A stretch of 64,000 bases of DNA from NCBI GenBank assembly GCA_963841435.1, contig CAWJCS010000006.1, positions 1,696,001-1,760,000 on the forward strand, written 5' to 3'. Shown here in pieces: positions 7,410 to 17,463 of this stretch. The notes beneath the pieces are model-generated. The model was not told the DNA's origin and did no database searches. It saw only the letters and a program-made list of their open reading frames with translations. Made by a program: the position numbers and the translations under genes. Origin of the DNA: an uncultured delta proteobacterium (GTDB taxonomy: Bacteria; Myxococcota_A; Polyangia; Polyangiales; Polyangiaceae). The number at the start of each line of letters is the position of its first letter. The first letter of the stretch is position 1.

Positions 7410-8570
7410 TCACGGACACGCGCCAATCGCGTCAGCCTCGGACTCCCCGCCGAGGAGCGGGCGGCAATACCCCGCGCGGCCCCAGATCGCCAAGACCTCC
7501 CCACCGCTGTCGTCCACGCAACGGTCGTCCGCCGCTAGACAGTCGTCGTCGCAGTCGCACAACGCGCCGCACAAACCCACGTCGCCAACCCCAACGTCCT
7601 TCGACAGGCGCGTCGCAAACAAGCAGGCGGAGTCGGCCGGTAGCGAGCCGTCCCACCCGCAGCCGATGGCGCGCGGAGCGAGCGTGCAGAAGGCGGTGCA
7701 CAAACCTTCGTCACCGCCGTTGCTCGTTGGCAGGCAAAAACCGTTGCACTGATTGGCCATGGCGTGCGGATCGCAAAGCGCTCCCACGGGTCTTCCCGAG
7801 GGCGGTTCGGGGACGCACAGTCCACTCGCGAGGTCGCAGAAAGTTCCGGTGGCACAGGCTGCGTCGCCCCCGCAGCTCGGCAGGCAGCCGGTCACGGCCT
7901 CGCTGCAGCGGCGGGGCTCCATCCCCATCGAGCAGAGCTCGGCAGGTCCGCAGTCTTCGGGGCGCTCGCACGCGCGGTTCGTCGGGATCAACCCGAGCAA
8001 GCCGCACGCCATGTCGATGCGCTCGTGGCATTTGGGCTCTCCCGCGACACCCGTCGTGCAACCCTCGAGGCATACGGAGCTCCTGTGCTCGTGGTCGAAC
8101 GAGACGCAGCGGGCGCCCTCCGCCACGTTGCGACAGTCATCGTCGGTGCGGCACCCGAGCGTGCAGAGCCCGCCGCCGGGGCTCGCTCCCGCGAGCATGC
8201 GCCCAGAGCTAGTGACGCAGTCGAGCTCGGCCGCGCAGTCCTGTTCGTTCTGGCACGCGTCGCCGAGCCGTCCGTCACCCGCCATCGAGGGCGCGCCGCC
8301 CGCGTCACCCCCGCCCGCGGGCACGCCCGCCGCGTCGCCGGCAGCCGCCCCGTCCCCACCCGCACCCGCGCGCCCCCCAGGCTCCACACCCCCCACGGCG
8401 CTGGTGCCAGCCGTCCCGGACGGTGCGCCGGCGCCGGCCTGACCCCCGGCGCCCCCCAGGGCGACGCCGCCCGCCTTTTCCACAGGAACGTCGTCCGCCA
8501 TGCAGGCGCCCGCGAGCCAGACAGCAGCGAGCCCGGCAATCGCAAAGGCCTTCGAACCGGCGCGCTTCAT
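7410..8570 (-). CDS. Cys-rich secreted lipoprotein with Gly-rich linker (paralog B)
   Basis: Signal peptide with LAGAC lipobox; Cys-rich domain collinear with paralog A. Confidence 0.85.
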   Translation of the reverse strand: MKRAGSKAFAIAGLAAVWLAGACMADDVPVEKAGGVALGGAGGQAGAGAPSGTAGTSAVGGVEPGGRAGAGGDGAAAGDAAGVPAGGGDAGGAPSMAGDGRLGDACQNEQDCAAELDCVTSSGRMLAGASPGGGLCTLGCRTDDDCRNVAEGARCVSFDHEHRSSVCLEGCTTGVAGEPKCHERIDMACGLLGLIPTNRACERPEDCGPAELCSMGMEPRRCSEAVTGCLPSCGGDAACATGTFCDLASGLCVPEPPSGRPVGALCDPHAMANQCNGFCLPTSNGGDEGLCTAFCTLAPRAIGCGWDGSLPADSACLFATRLSKDVGVGDVGLCGALCDCDDDCLAADDRCVDDSGGEVLAIWGRAGYCRPLLGGESEADAIGACP

Positions 8571-8743
8571 ACGTAGCTCATGCCCCCAAATGCGTTGGTG
8601 CCGCGTTCGCAGCCAAACAAGGCCCCCTGACGCAGAGCGCCGGCGCAGCCCTCGAGCCGCCCGGCCCACGGAGAAAAGCCGGCGAAGAAACCGCCTTGCG
8701 GCCGGCGATCCCCTCGTGAGAAGAGTACGCGGACGAAAACGTC

Positions 8744-8816
8744 GGGTCGATAGCTCAGCCGGCAGAGCAGCGGATTTTTAATCCGTTGGTCCCGGGTTCG
8801 ATCCCCGGTCAACCCA
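8744..8816 (+). tRNA. tRNA-Lys (anticodon TTT)
   Basis: GGGTCGA-TAGCTCAGCCGGCAGAGC-A-GCGGA-TTTTTAA-TCCGT-TGGTC-CCGGG-TTCGATC-CCCGG-TCAACCC-A cloverleaf; one C:A mismatch in the acceptor stem; no encoded CCA. Confidence 0.9.
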
Positions 8817-8891
8817 CTTAGGCCTCTTCGCGAGCCCCGTCGGGCGTGGCGAGCGGCCCTAGAAACCTTGAGCGAGATCGGAAAGGCTCGC

Positions 8892-10148
8892 TCAAGCCTG
8901 GGGGCGGAGCGAGGCGAGCAGCGGGCCGATGCTACGGGCCACCTCGGCTTCGGCATCCGAGCCCAGCGCCGCGCCCACGCTGAAGAGCGCGAAACTCACG
9001 TACTCGTGCAGCATCTGCTTCAGCACGTTGTCGGGCTCCGCGCCCCCCGCCACGATCACGGCATTCTGCGCGACGCGCTCGGCGTCGAGCACACCTTGCG
9101 CATCCGGGCCGGCCCCGCGAAACAGCATCTCGTAAACGCCCGCGCCCACGGCGAAGCCCGAGAGACTCTCCCGCACCTCCGCTGCCTTGCCTGCGGCGTC
9201 CGCTGTCGCAAAGAGCGCACCGAGCGCGCCGTTGGCCGCGTTCACGAGCGACGTGGGTCCGCCCGAAACGCGCGGCGGGTGCATCACGACGTGGTGCGAC
9301 TGTACGAGCGCGTACAGGACCCTCGTCGTCTCAAACTCGCCGAGCCCCGTGGAGCGGCCGATCTCCTCGACGCTGCTCTTGCCGTCGACCCCCCCGAGCA
9401 CGCGCTCGAACCCTTCGGGGACGGCGCCGCTACCCGACGCGCGCAGTGGCACGTGCTCGGGCGACGGAACCTTTAGGCGAAAATAGCGCATCTCGTCGAG
9501 ACGCGTCACGCCATCCATCAAAAGCGCGGTCGCGCTCAGCGTGTGGTGCGAGACGAGGCGCGCGTCATCGAAGCCTTCGAGGAAGAAGAACGTGCCGTCG
9601 GACACGGTGAGCGTCGCGAACACGATCTCCTGAATCTGTTTCGAGATGTGCGCGTAGAGCACCTCCTGCGTGATGAGGCCGAGCTCGAGCGCCGTTTCGC
9701 CGAAGCGCCGGCCCTTGCTCTGCTCGAGCACGAGCGAGAGCTGATCCACGGTCAGCGCGCCGTAGCGATAGAGTACCGAACCGATGCGTTCGTCGTCCAC
9801 GCTCGTCGTCGCACCCACGACGTTGCCTTGATCGAAGAACACGGACCGAACGCGCTCGCGATCCTCGACGACGAGCTCACCCCGAAAGCCCGTCTGCGCC
9901 AAAAGCGCGAGCACGTCCGAGAGCGCACCCGGCGCGGTGACCTCGCCCGCCAGGCGCACGATGGCACCGTCGCCCACGTCGCGGCGCCCGTCTTCACCGG
10001 TGAAGCGCATGAAAACCACGTGCCGCGGTGACGGCAGCACGCGGTACGCGCCGGCGCGGGCACGCATGCGCCGCCCCGCGACGACGCCGATCGGGTGGGC
10101 CTCGCCGCGGGCGTCGATGCGCACGAGCTCATCGCGAGCCTCCGTCAT
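8892..10148 (-). CDS. DUF4388/PATAN-like domain protein
   Basis: LSDVLALLAQTGFRGELVV...VFFDQGNVVGA...RIGSVLYRYG pattern typical of myxobacterial DUF4388 proteins. Confidence 0.8.
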   Translation of the reverse strand: MTEARDELVRIDARGEAHPIGVVAGRRMRARAGAYRVLPSPRHVVFMRFTGEDGRRDVGDGAIVRLAGEVTAPGALSDVLALLAQTGFRGELVVEDRERVRSVFFDQGNVVGATTSVDDERIGSVLYRYGALTVDQLSLVLEQSKGRRFGETALELGLITQEVLYAHISKQIQEIVFATLTVSDGTFFFLEGFDDARLVSHHTLSATALLMDGVTRLDEMRYFRLKVPSPEHVPLRASGSGAVPEGFERVLGGVDGKSSVEEIGRSTGLGEFETTRVLYALVQSHHVVMHPPRVSGGPTSLVNAANGALGALFATADAAGKAAEVRESLSGFAVGAGVYEMLFRGAGPDAQGVLDAERVAQNAVIVAGGAEPDNVLKQMLHEYVSFALFSVGAALGSDAEAEVARSIGPLLASLRPQA

Positions 10149-10293
10149 CCTGACTCATCATTCTAACACGTCGCGCAACGCGCCGGGCGCTCGTTCGGGC
10201 CTCCGGCGCCGCGGCCCGCGTCTCCTTTTCAGGGCGCGTGGGGCGGGCCCCGCGTCCTTGCCAGGGCAGCAGCCACCGGGCAGGCTTTGGCGC

Positions 10294-11232
10294 ATGGTCG
10301 AAACGGAGCTCAACGCGGGGCGAGCCCGCGATCGCGAGTTCTGGCGGCGGCTATGCCCGGAGCTTGCGATTGAATCGGCGAAGCCAAGCCCGCGCTTCGC
10401 GCTCGGCGACGTCTCGGGGCTCGTCGAACGGCTCAAGTTCGAGGGATACGTCAACGTGCCCGCGGTGGTGCCGCCCGAAGCGTTCGAGCCACTTCAGCGA
10501 TGCATCGCCAAGCTTCACGAGCAAGAGATCCCGCTCGCGTTCGCGTTCGTCTACGACGAGCTCTGGCACGCGTTCCACGGTGTCGCCCGCTTCATCGAAG
10601 CGGTGCTCGGCAGGAGCTACCGTGCGCTGCCCGATTTCTGGGTCTGGCACGTCCTGCCTTCCGAACAAGCGGCCGGCTGGGGGCCCCATCGTGATCGCGT
10701 GCAGCCGACGCTCGAGCGCGATAACTCACCCCACTCGCTCACCGTGTGGCTACCGTTCAGCGACGCGACGCCGCTCAACGGCTGCATCTACGTGCTGCCG
10801 GCGCATCTCGACGAGCGGTTCCGGCGTCGCGTGTGGGACGGGCCCGATAACATCCTCGTCACGGATCCGCAGAACGTGCGAGCGCTGCCCGCGCCGGCCG
10901 GCAGTCTGCTCGCGTGGAACCAGGCCGTGCTCCACTGGGGCGGGCGCGCGAGCCGGCTCGCGGACGGCCCTCGCGCCAGCGCGGCTTTCGAGTTTCAGCG
11001 CGGCGACAGGCCCCCGTTCAACCAGCCGCTGCTCGACCCGCTGGCCGTTCCGTCCTTTTCCTTTCGCCTGGGGCTGATCGGCAAACAGGTCCTGCAGTAC
11101 CAGCACATGTATCCACTCACCGCCGACGTAGAAGCGATCGCCGCCGACCTGCGCAATCGCTACATGCCCGGTGCCGCGCCCGCGGGAATCGCTGAGCCGG
11201 GCGAGGTCGCAGGCGGCGGAGGGGGCGGCTGA
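10294..11232 (+). CDS. Phytanoyl-CoA dioxygenase (PhyH)-family Fe(II)/2OG oxygenase
   Basis: WGPHRD (HxD), LTVWLPFSDATPLNGCIYVLP, and distal H (VLHWGG) followed by R. Confidence 0.85.
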   Translation: MVETELNAGRARDREFWRRLCPELAIESAKPSPRFALGDVSGLVERLKFEGYVNVPAVVPPEAFEPLQRCIAKLHEQEIPLAFAFVYDELWHAFHGVARFIEAVLGRSYRALPDFWVWHVLPSEQAAGWGPHRDRVQPTLERDNSPHSLTVWLPFSDATPLNGCIYVLPAHLDERFRRRVWDGPDNILVTDPQNVRALPAPAGSLLAWNQAVLHWGGRASRLADGPRASAAFEFQRGDRPPFNQPLLDPLAVPSFSFRLGLIGKQVLQYQHMYPLTADVEAIAADLRNRYMPGAAPAGIAEPGEVAGGGGGG

Positions 11233-11299
11233 TCACGCACATGCGTGCGCGCTCGAGGCGCGGCGCCGGATCCGGAACGCTTCGCGGTACTCATCCCGC

Positions 11300-12868
11300 A
11301 TGATCCGAAAGGCTCGAGCCCAGCGGCTCGTAGCGGTCGCCGCGCTTGCGTGCACCGGTGCTTGCGCGTCGAACAACGATGACCCGTTCGCTGCGACGGA
11401 GGGCACCAGTGCGACGGGCGGTGGCGCGGGCGTCGGCGGATCGCTCGGGGGCGCGGCGGGAGCCGCGGGGACGAGCGCGGGCTCTGCGGGAGCGAGTGCG
11501 GGCTCCGCGGGAACGGCAGGAACAGCCGGCGATGCCGGCGCCGGGGCCGGTGGGACCGCAGCAGGGGCCGGCGGTTCCAGCGGAGGCTCGTCCGGCGCGG
11601 GAACGAGCGGCGAGCCCGGCAGCGGCACGGCCGGCGCGAGCGGGGCAGCCGGCGGGAGCGCAGGCGTGGCGCCCTTCGTGGTGAACGTGGAGCTCGCGAG
11701 CAACGTCAATCCGAGCGCCCCAGGCACGATTGGCATCGTCACCTGGTCGCTCGACGGGCCCACGCTCACCCAGGCGAACGTCGAGTTTGGCCTCGACGAG
11801 AGCTACGGCACGAGCGCGCCCGTGGACATGACGTCGCCGGACCATCGCACGCTGTTGCTCGGCATGAAGCCCGAGCGCACGTATCATTTTCGCGTCGTCG
11901 CGAGCGACGGCGTCGCGAGCTACGCGAGCAGCGACCACACCGTCGAAACCGGACCCCCCACGACGCTCGTCGAGCTTTCGAGCTTCCGCGTCGTCGATCC
12001 GGCCGCGCGCGAGCCCGGCTTCATCGTCACCGAGGAGCGCAACGGCGGCAACGTCGTCTTCGTGATGGACCCGGACGGGGAGATCGTCTGGTGGTTCGCG
12101 GGGGGGCCGGCCGACGGCATCGCGCGCGCGCGCCTCTCGGCCGACGGCAAGAACATGTGGCTCGTGTCGTCGGGCAACACGGGCGTGCCCGTGATGCGAG
12201 TGAGCATGGATACCCTCGATAGCCAGAGCTACGCGACGACGGGGGGAACGCACGACATCACCCCGGTCGAAGGTGCGACGATGGCCTACCTCGACTACGG
12301 CGAGAACGACTGCACGAGTATCTTCGAGATCGACCCGACGGGAAACGCGCACGAGGTGTTCGAGTCGCAGGGTGTCGTGGCGTCGGGCGGATGCCACGGC
12401 AACGCCGTGCGCTATTCCCTCGCCGAGGACGAATTTACGTACTCGGATCTGAGCCAGGACGTGCTCGTCTTGAACCGCGCAGGTGGGGTCCAGTGGCGGC
12501 TGTCGGAGCGCGTGAGCGGTGGGAACGGCGCCTGGGGCGGCGCGCAGCACGGCCACCAGCTGCTCGACGACGGTCTTTTGATCTTCGCGAACCGCGGCGA
12601 GGGCTCGAACGCCTCGGCCGCCATCGAGTACGACCTCGAGGGCAACGAGCGACGCCGCTTCCCGAGCGACGGCAACAGCGCGAACCTCGGTGACGTCCAG
12701 CGCCTACCCGGCGGCAACACCCTCATCACCTACTCGAACGAGGGCACGATCGAAGAGGTCAACGCGAGCGACGCCGTCGTGCTCGAAATTGCCGACTCCC
12801 GAGCGGCGTTTGGGTACTCCCTCTGGCTCGCGGATCTCTATCACCCCGTCCCCGACCAACTCGAGTAG
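11300..12868 (+). CDS. Lipoprotein with Gly-rich linker, FN3-like domain and arylsulfotransferase-like beta-propeller
   Basis: Lipobox-like ACTGAC; LLGMKPERTYHFRV; CHGNAV, AQHG and GDVQRLPGGNTLI motifs. Confidence 0.75.
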   Translation: MIRKARAQRLVAVAALACTGACASNNDDPFAATEGTSATGGGAGVGGSLGGAAGAAGTSAGSAGASAGSAGTAGTAGDAGAGAGGTAAGAGGSSGGSSGAGTSGEPGSGTAGASGAAGGSAGVAPFVVNVELASNVNPSAPGTIGIVTWSLDGPTLTQANVEFGLDESYGTSAPVDMTSPDHRTLLLGMKPERTYHFRVVASDGVASYASSDHTVETGPPTTLVELSSFRVVDPAAREPGFIVTEERNGGNVVFVMDPDGEIVWWFAGGPADGIARARLSADGKNMWLVSSGNTGVPVMRVSMDTLDSQSYATTGGTHDITPVEGATMAYLDYGENDCTSIFEIDPTGNAHEVFESQGVVASGGCHGNAVRYSLAEDEFTYSDLSQDVLVLNRAGGVQWRLSERVSGGNGAWGGAQHGHQLLDDGLLIFANRGEGSNASAAIEYDLEGNERRRFPSDGNSANLGDVQRLPGGNTLITYSNEGTIEEVNASDAVVLEIADSRAAFGYSLWLADLYHPVPDQLE

Positions 12869-12893
12869 CCGCCCCGCCGACGGACGCCGCCGC

Positions 12894-15800
12894 TCAACGA
12901 AGCTCGGCGACGCTGCCGCCGAAGGCTCGCTCGAGCCCTCCGAGCAGCGCGTCCGTCGGTGTCACGCGCGTCCCGTCGAGGTCGAGCACTGCTTCCGCAC
13001 CGTCCGGCATCTTGAGAACCAGCTCGACGGGACAGGGGCCGGGCGACCCACGCAAAAGGTCCCGGAGCGTCTCGAGGTCGCGCTTCACGGTGCGCTCGAC
13101 CTCGAGGCGAATCGACACGGCCCGGGTGCTCTTGAGCGCGGAATCCGAGAGGAGCTCGACCGAGTCGATCAAGAGCGTCGCCTCGCGCGTCGCCTCGAGG
13201 TCGTCGGCTTCGTCGGTGATCGGGAAGCTCACCTTGCCCGTGACGACCACGGGCTCGCCGCCGGTCAGCAAGTGCGCGTAGGTCTCGATGCGGTCGCCGC
13301 GGAGCTTCGCCTTCACCCGGCCCACGAGGTCCTCGAGCTCGAAGAACGCTGCTCGCCCGCCGGAGCCACCCTTGAACAGACGCTCCTGGTAGCCCTCGAC
13401 CATGCCCGCCACGCTCACGACCGCCCAGGGCTGCTCGGCGGAGATGCGCGTCGTCGGCGTGAGCCCGAGACGCGAGAACTTGCTGCCGTAGCGCGCGAGC
13501 GGATGACCGGAAACGTAGCAGCCGAGCGCCTCCTTCTCGCGCTTGAGCTGCTCCATCCGATCCCAGGATTCGGCTTTTGGGTAGTCGGAGAGCGCACCCG
13601 AGCTCGAGCCTTCGGGGCGCGCCTGCTCGAAACGCCCGAACAGCGACTCCTGGCCGCTCTCGCGCTCCCGACTCGCGCTGCGCGAGCGCTCGAGCGCGCG
13701 ATCGACGGCGGCGTAGGCGCGCGCTCGCGAGATGCCGATCGGCTCGAGCAAGGAGTCGAACGCGCCGCATTGCACGAGCGCCTCCAGGACGCCCTTGTTC
13801 AGCCGTTTGGCGTCAACGCGCGTCGCGAAGTCGAAGAGGTCGCCGAACGGGCCGCCGGCACGCCTGGCCTCGAACATCGTCTCGAGCGCCGCCCCGCCCA
13901 CGCCGCGCACGGCGCCGAGACCAAAGCGGAGCCGGGGGCCGAGGCGATCGCGCACCTTGCCCGAGACCCTCGGCGGGCCGCCACCGCCGGGATTCGCGTA
14001 AACCACGGTGAAATCGGTCTCGCTCGCGTTCACGTCGGGCGGTAGCACCTCGACGCCCCACGCGCGCGCCTCGGCCACGAGCCGCACGACCTTCTCGACC
14101 TTGTCCTTGTCGGTGGTGAGCGCCGCGGCGAAAAATTCCGTCGCATAGTGCGCCTTCAGCCACGCGCTCTGGTACGTGACGAGCGCGTACGCGACGGAGT
14201 GGCTCTTGTTGAAGCCGTACGACGCAAAGCCCTCGAGCTCGCGGAAGATCGCGACGGCCTTCTCCTCCGGGACTCCGTTCCTGACCGATCCATCGACGAA
14301 GCTCTGCTGCTGCTTCGCCATCTCCTCGGCCTTCTTCTTCCCCATCGCGCGGCGCAACAGATCCGCTTCGCCCAGCGTGTAGCCGGCGAGAAGCTGGGCG
14401 ATCTGCATCACCTGCTCCTGATAGACGGGCACGCCGTAGGTCGGCGCGAGCACCTCGTCGACGAGGGCGTGCAGCTTCCTCACCGGCTTTCTGCCGTGCT
14501 TGCTGCCGATGAAGTCCTCGATCATGCCCGTGCCGAGTGGTCCGGGGCGGTAGAGCGCCACGGCGGCCACGATGTCGTCGAAGCAGTCGGGCTTGAGCGG
14601 CCGGAGGATGCGATCCTGCATGCCGCTCGACTCGAGCTGAAAGACGCCGGTCGTCGTGCCGCTCGAGAGCAGCGCGTAGGTCTCCTGATCGTCGAGCGGC
14701 AAGTGGTTGATGACGAGAGGGTCCGCCTTGCGGTCTGGCCGGGCGTTGACGAGCCGGACGGCAACGTCGATGAGCGTCAGCGTCTTCAGGCCGAGAAAGT
14801 CGAACTTCACGAGGCCGACCGCCTCGATGTCGTCTTTGTCGTACTGGGTGACGATGCTGTCGTCGCTCTTGAAGCACGGCACGCGTTCGGCGAGCGGCCG
14901 CTCGCTGATGACGATGCCCGCGGCGTGCATGCCGGCGTGCCGCGTCAGCCCTTCGAGCTTGCGGCTGATGCCGATGAGCTCACCCACCTCCGGGCTTTCG
15001 TCGGCCAGCTTCTTCAACTTCGGCTCGACCTCGAGCGCCTCGTCGATGGTGCACATCTTGCCCTGCCCCTTGGGCGGCACGAGACTCGCGATGCGCTGCG
15101 CCTCGGGAGCGGCGATGCCCATGGCGCGCGCGACATCCTTGATGACGCTGCGTGCTTTCAGGTTCTGGAAGGTGCCGATCTGCCCGACGCACCTTTTGCC
15201 GTACTTGTCCGCAACGTACGCGATGACCTCGTCGCGCCGGCTCATGCAGAAGTCGATGTCGAAGTCCGGCATGCTGACGCGCTCGGGATTCAGAAAGCGC
15301 TCGAAGAGCAACCCGTAGCGGATGGGCTCGATTTCCGTGATGCCGAGCGCGTACGCCACGAGCGACCCCGCGCCCGAGCCACGGCCCGGCCCGACTGGAA
15401 TGCCGCGCGCCTTCGCCGCACGGATGAAGTCCCAGACGATCAGAAAGTAGCCCGGGTAGTTCATGCCCGAGATCACGTCGAGCTCGATCTCGAGCCGAGC
15501 CCGGTACGCGGCCTCGTCGACCGCCTCACCGCGGCGCCGGTGGTCCTCGAGGCGGGAGACGAGACCCTCGCGCGAGACGTGACGAAAGTAGGCGTCCGTG
15601 TCGTAACCCTCGGGCACGGGGAACTCGGGCAGCACCGCCTCGCCGAGCTCGAGCTTTAGGCCCGAGCACATCTCGGCGACGCGCATCGTGTTGGCGAGTG
15701 CCTCGGGCAGCGCGCGGAACGTCTCCGCCATCGCTTCGGGGCTCTTCAGGTACATCTCGGGGCTGCCGTGATGCAGCGGCTCCGCGTCGCGGTAGGTGCG

Positions 15801-16460
15801 GCCGAGCCGGATGCACTCGAGGTACACCTGGGCCACGGCATCGTCGCGATTCATGAAGTGCACGTCGTTGCTGGCGACGAGCGGCAGGTCGAGCTTGCGC
15901 GCTGCGGTGACGAGCAGGTCGTTCAGCACGGCTTGCTCGGGGAAACCGTGGTCTTGGAGCTCGACGAAGACGTGGCCCGGCTCGAACGCGTCGCGAAGCT
16001 CGGCGAGCGCGGCGGGCGCCCGCTCCGGCCCTAGCTCGAGCACGCTCTGCGGCACGTGGCCGCCCAGGCAACCGCTCAGCGCGATGAGCCCCCGGCTCTT
16101 GGACGCGAGCAGATCGAAGGTGATGCTCGGTGCGACGTCGCTCGCGGGCTCGACGTGCCCTGCCGACACGAGCGAGACGAGGTTCGCGTAGCCCTCTGCC
16201 GTCAACGCGAGCACGACGAGGTGGTTCACGGCACCGCCGGGCCGCGCAAGATTCAGCTCCGAACCGAGGATTGGCGAGATGCCAGCCGAGCGGCACGCCT
16301 TGTAGTGCCGGAGCGCGCCGTACATGTTCGCGTGATCGGTGAGCGCGACGGCGCGCATGCCGAGCTCGCGCACACGCGCCGGCAAGTCGTAGACTTTGAT
16401 CGCACCCGTGAGGAACGAGTACTGCGAGTGGAGATGGAGGTGGGCGAACTCGGTCGCCAT
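12894..16460 (-). CDS. dnaE: DNA polymerase III alpha subunit
   Basis: PHP domain (HLHLHS, TDH), GRGSGAGS, MPDFDIDF, KFDFLGL, YGFNKSHS; 1188 aa. Confidence 0.98.
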   Translation of the reverse strand: MATEFAHLHLHSQYSFLTGAIKVYDLPARVRELGMRAVALTDHANMYGALRHYKACRSAGISPILGSELNLARPGGAVNHLVVLALTAEGYANLVSLVSAGHVEPASDVAPSITFDLLASKSRGLIALSGCLGGHVPQSVLELGPERAPAALAELRDAFEPGHVFVELQDHGFPEQAVLNDLLVTAARKLDLPLVASNDVHFMNRDDAVAQVYLECIRLGRTYRDAEPLHHGSPEMYLKSPEAMAETFRALPEALANTMRVAEMCSGLKLELGEAVLPEFPVPEGYDTDAYFRHVSREGLVSRLEDHRRRGEAVDEAAYRARLEIELDVISGMNYPGYFLIVWDFIRAAKARGIPVGPGRGSGAGSLVAYALGITEIEPIRYGLLFERFLNPERVSMPDFDIDFCMSRRDEVIAYVADKYGKRCVGQIGTFQNLKARSVIKDVARAMGIAAPEAQRIASLVPPKGQGKMCTIDEALEVEPKLKKLADESPEVGELIGISRKLEGLTRHAGMHAAGIVISERPLAERVPCFKSDDSIVTQYDKDDIEAVGLVKFDFLGLKTLTLIDVAVRLVNARPDRKADPLVINHLPLDDQETYALLSSGTTTGVFQLESSGMQDRILRPLKPDCFDDIVAAVALYRPGPLGTGMIEDFIGSKHGRKPVRKLHALVDEVLAPTYGVPVYQEQVMQIAQLLAGYTLGEADLLRRAMGKKKAEEMAKQQQSFVDGSVRNGVPEEKAVAIFRELEGFASYGFNKSHSVAYALVTYQSAWLKAHYATEFFAAALTTDKDKVEKVVRLVAEARAWGVEVLPPDVNASETDFTVVYANPGGGGPPRVSGKVRDRLGPRLRFGLGAVRGVGGAALETMFEARRAGGPFGDLFDFATRVDAKRLNKGVLEALVQCGAFDSLLEPIGISRARAYAAVDRALERSRSASRERESGQESLFGRFEQARPEGSSSGALSDYPKAESWDRMEQLKREKEALGCYVSGHPLARYGSKFSRLGLTPTTRISAEQPWAVVSVAGMVEGYQERLFKGGSGGRAAFFELEDLVGRVKAKLRGDRIETYAHLLTGGEPVVVTGKVSFPITDEADDLEATREATLLIDSVELLSDSALKSTRAVSIRLEVERTVKRDLETLRDLLRGSPGPCPVELVLKMPDGAEAVLDLDGTRVTPTDALLGGLERAFGGSVAELR

Positions 16461-16712
16461 ACGAAGAGCAGCCTAGTACCGACCCTCGGCGCGGGCTCGG
16501 CCTCGCATCGCGCTTCTGCCCGGTCCCCGGGCCGCTGGGGGTCTCGCGGCCCGGCGCGTGAAGATTTCGCGCTGGAGCTCCGTCGATCCGGCTGCCCAGG
16601 TGCTTCGGGGGACTCCGCTCCCTTGCGGAGCTCTGGGCTTTTGGATTACCGCTTGGGTGCATCGCGCCGAAACGGCTCGGCGCGGCTGGCTTGCCTGGAG
16701 GACCTCGGAATC

Positions 16713-17396
16713 ATGATGCGGACGAGAAGCGTCGCGTGGTTGTTGTTGGGATCGGCCCTCGTGCTGCCCGCCCTCGTGGGCTGCGCTGCTCAGGCCTCGT
16801 TCACTGCCGGCGGCGCGGACGCGCCACCGCCGCCCCCTCCACCGCCGCCGCCGCCCCCACCGCCGCCACCGCCCGAAGAGCCGGCGGCGCCACCAGCGAC
16901 GACCGAGCCCGCAAAGACGGAGCCCTCACCGGAGCCCCCGAAGGCCGAGGCCAACCCGACGACGAAAAGCGCGGCCAAGGTCGCGGGCGACAAGGTCACC
17001 GTCCCCGGCAAGATCGACTTCGAGCTCGGCAAGGCGACGCTCCTCGGTGGCGACGACACGAAGAACGCGCTCGACCAGATCAAGCTCTACCTCGACGACA
17101 ACCCGCGGGTGACCAAGCTCCGCGTCGAGGGGCACACCGACAACGTCGGCACGGCGGACGCGAACCTCGAGCTCTCGGGGCAGCGCGCGCTCGCGGTCAT
17201 CGGCGCCGTCGTCGCGAAGGGGATCGCCAAAGAGCGCTTCCTTGCGGTCGGGTGCGGGCAAACGAGGCCCGTCGCCGACAACACCACGGACGACGGCAAG
17301 GCCAAGAACCGGCGCATCGAATTTCACATCGCCGAGCTCAACGGCAAAAAATACATGGGGCGCGACCCCACGGGTCGGTGCAAGCCGTTCGAATGA
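16713..17396 (+). CDS. OmpA-family lipoprotein with poly-Pro linker
   Basis: LVGC lipobox; VEGHTDNVG, NLELSGQRA and NRRIEF motifs. Confidence 0.93.
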   Translation: MMRTRSVAWLLLGSALVLPALVGCAAQASFTAGGADAPPPPPPPPPPPPPPPPPEEPAAPPATTEPAKTEPSPEPPKAEANPTTKSAAKVAGDKVTVPGKIDFELGKATLLGGDDTKNALDQIKLYLDDNPRVTKLRVEGHTDNVGTADANLELSGQRALAVIGAVVAKGIAKERFLAVGCGQTRPVADNTTDDGKAKNRRIEFHIAELNGKKYMGRDPTGRCKPFE

Positions 17397-17463
17397 ACGA
17401 GCGCCGGCCAGCACCGCGCTCCGCTGGCCGTGCTCGCGAGCGAGAGTCCCGTCGCGTCGTGCT

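Noticed and set aside
12894-16460. Intein or split in dnaE
   Set aside because: Normal length and continuous motifs; only a short insertion before RFGLG.
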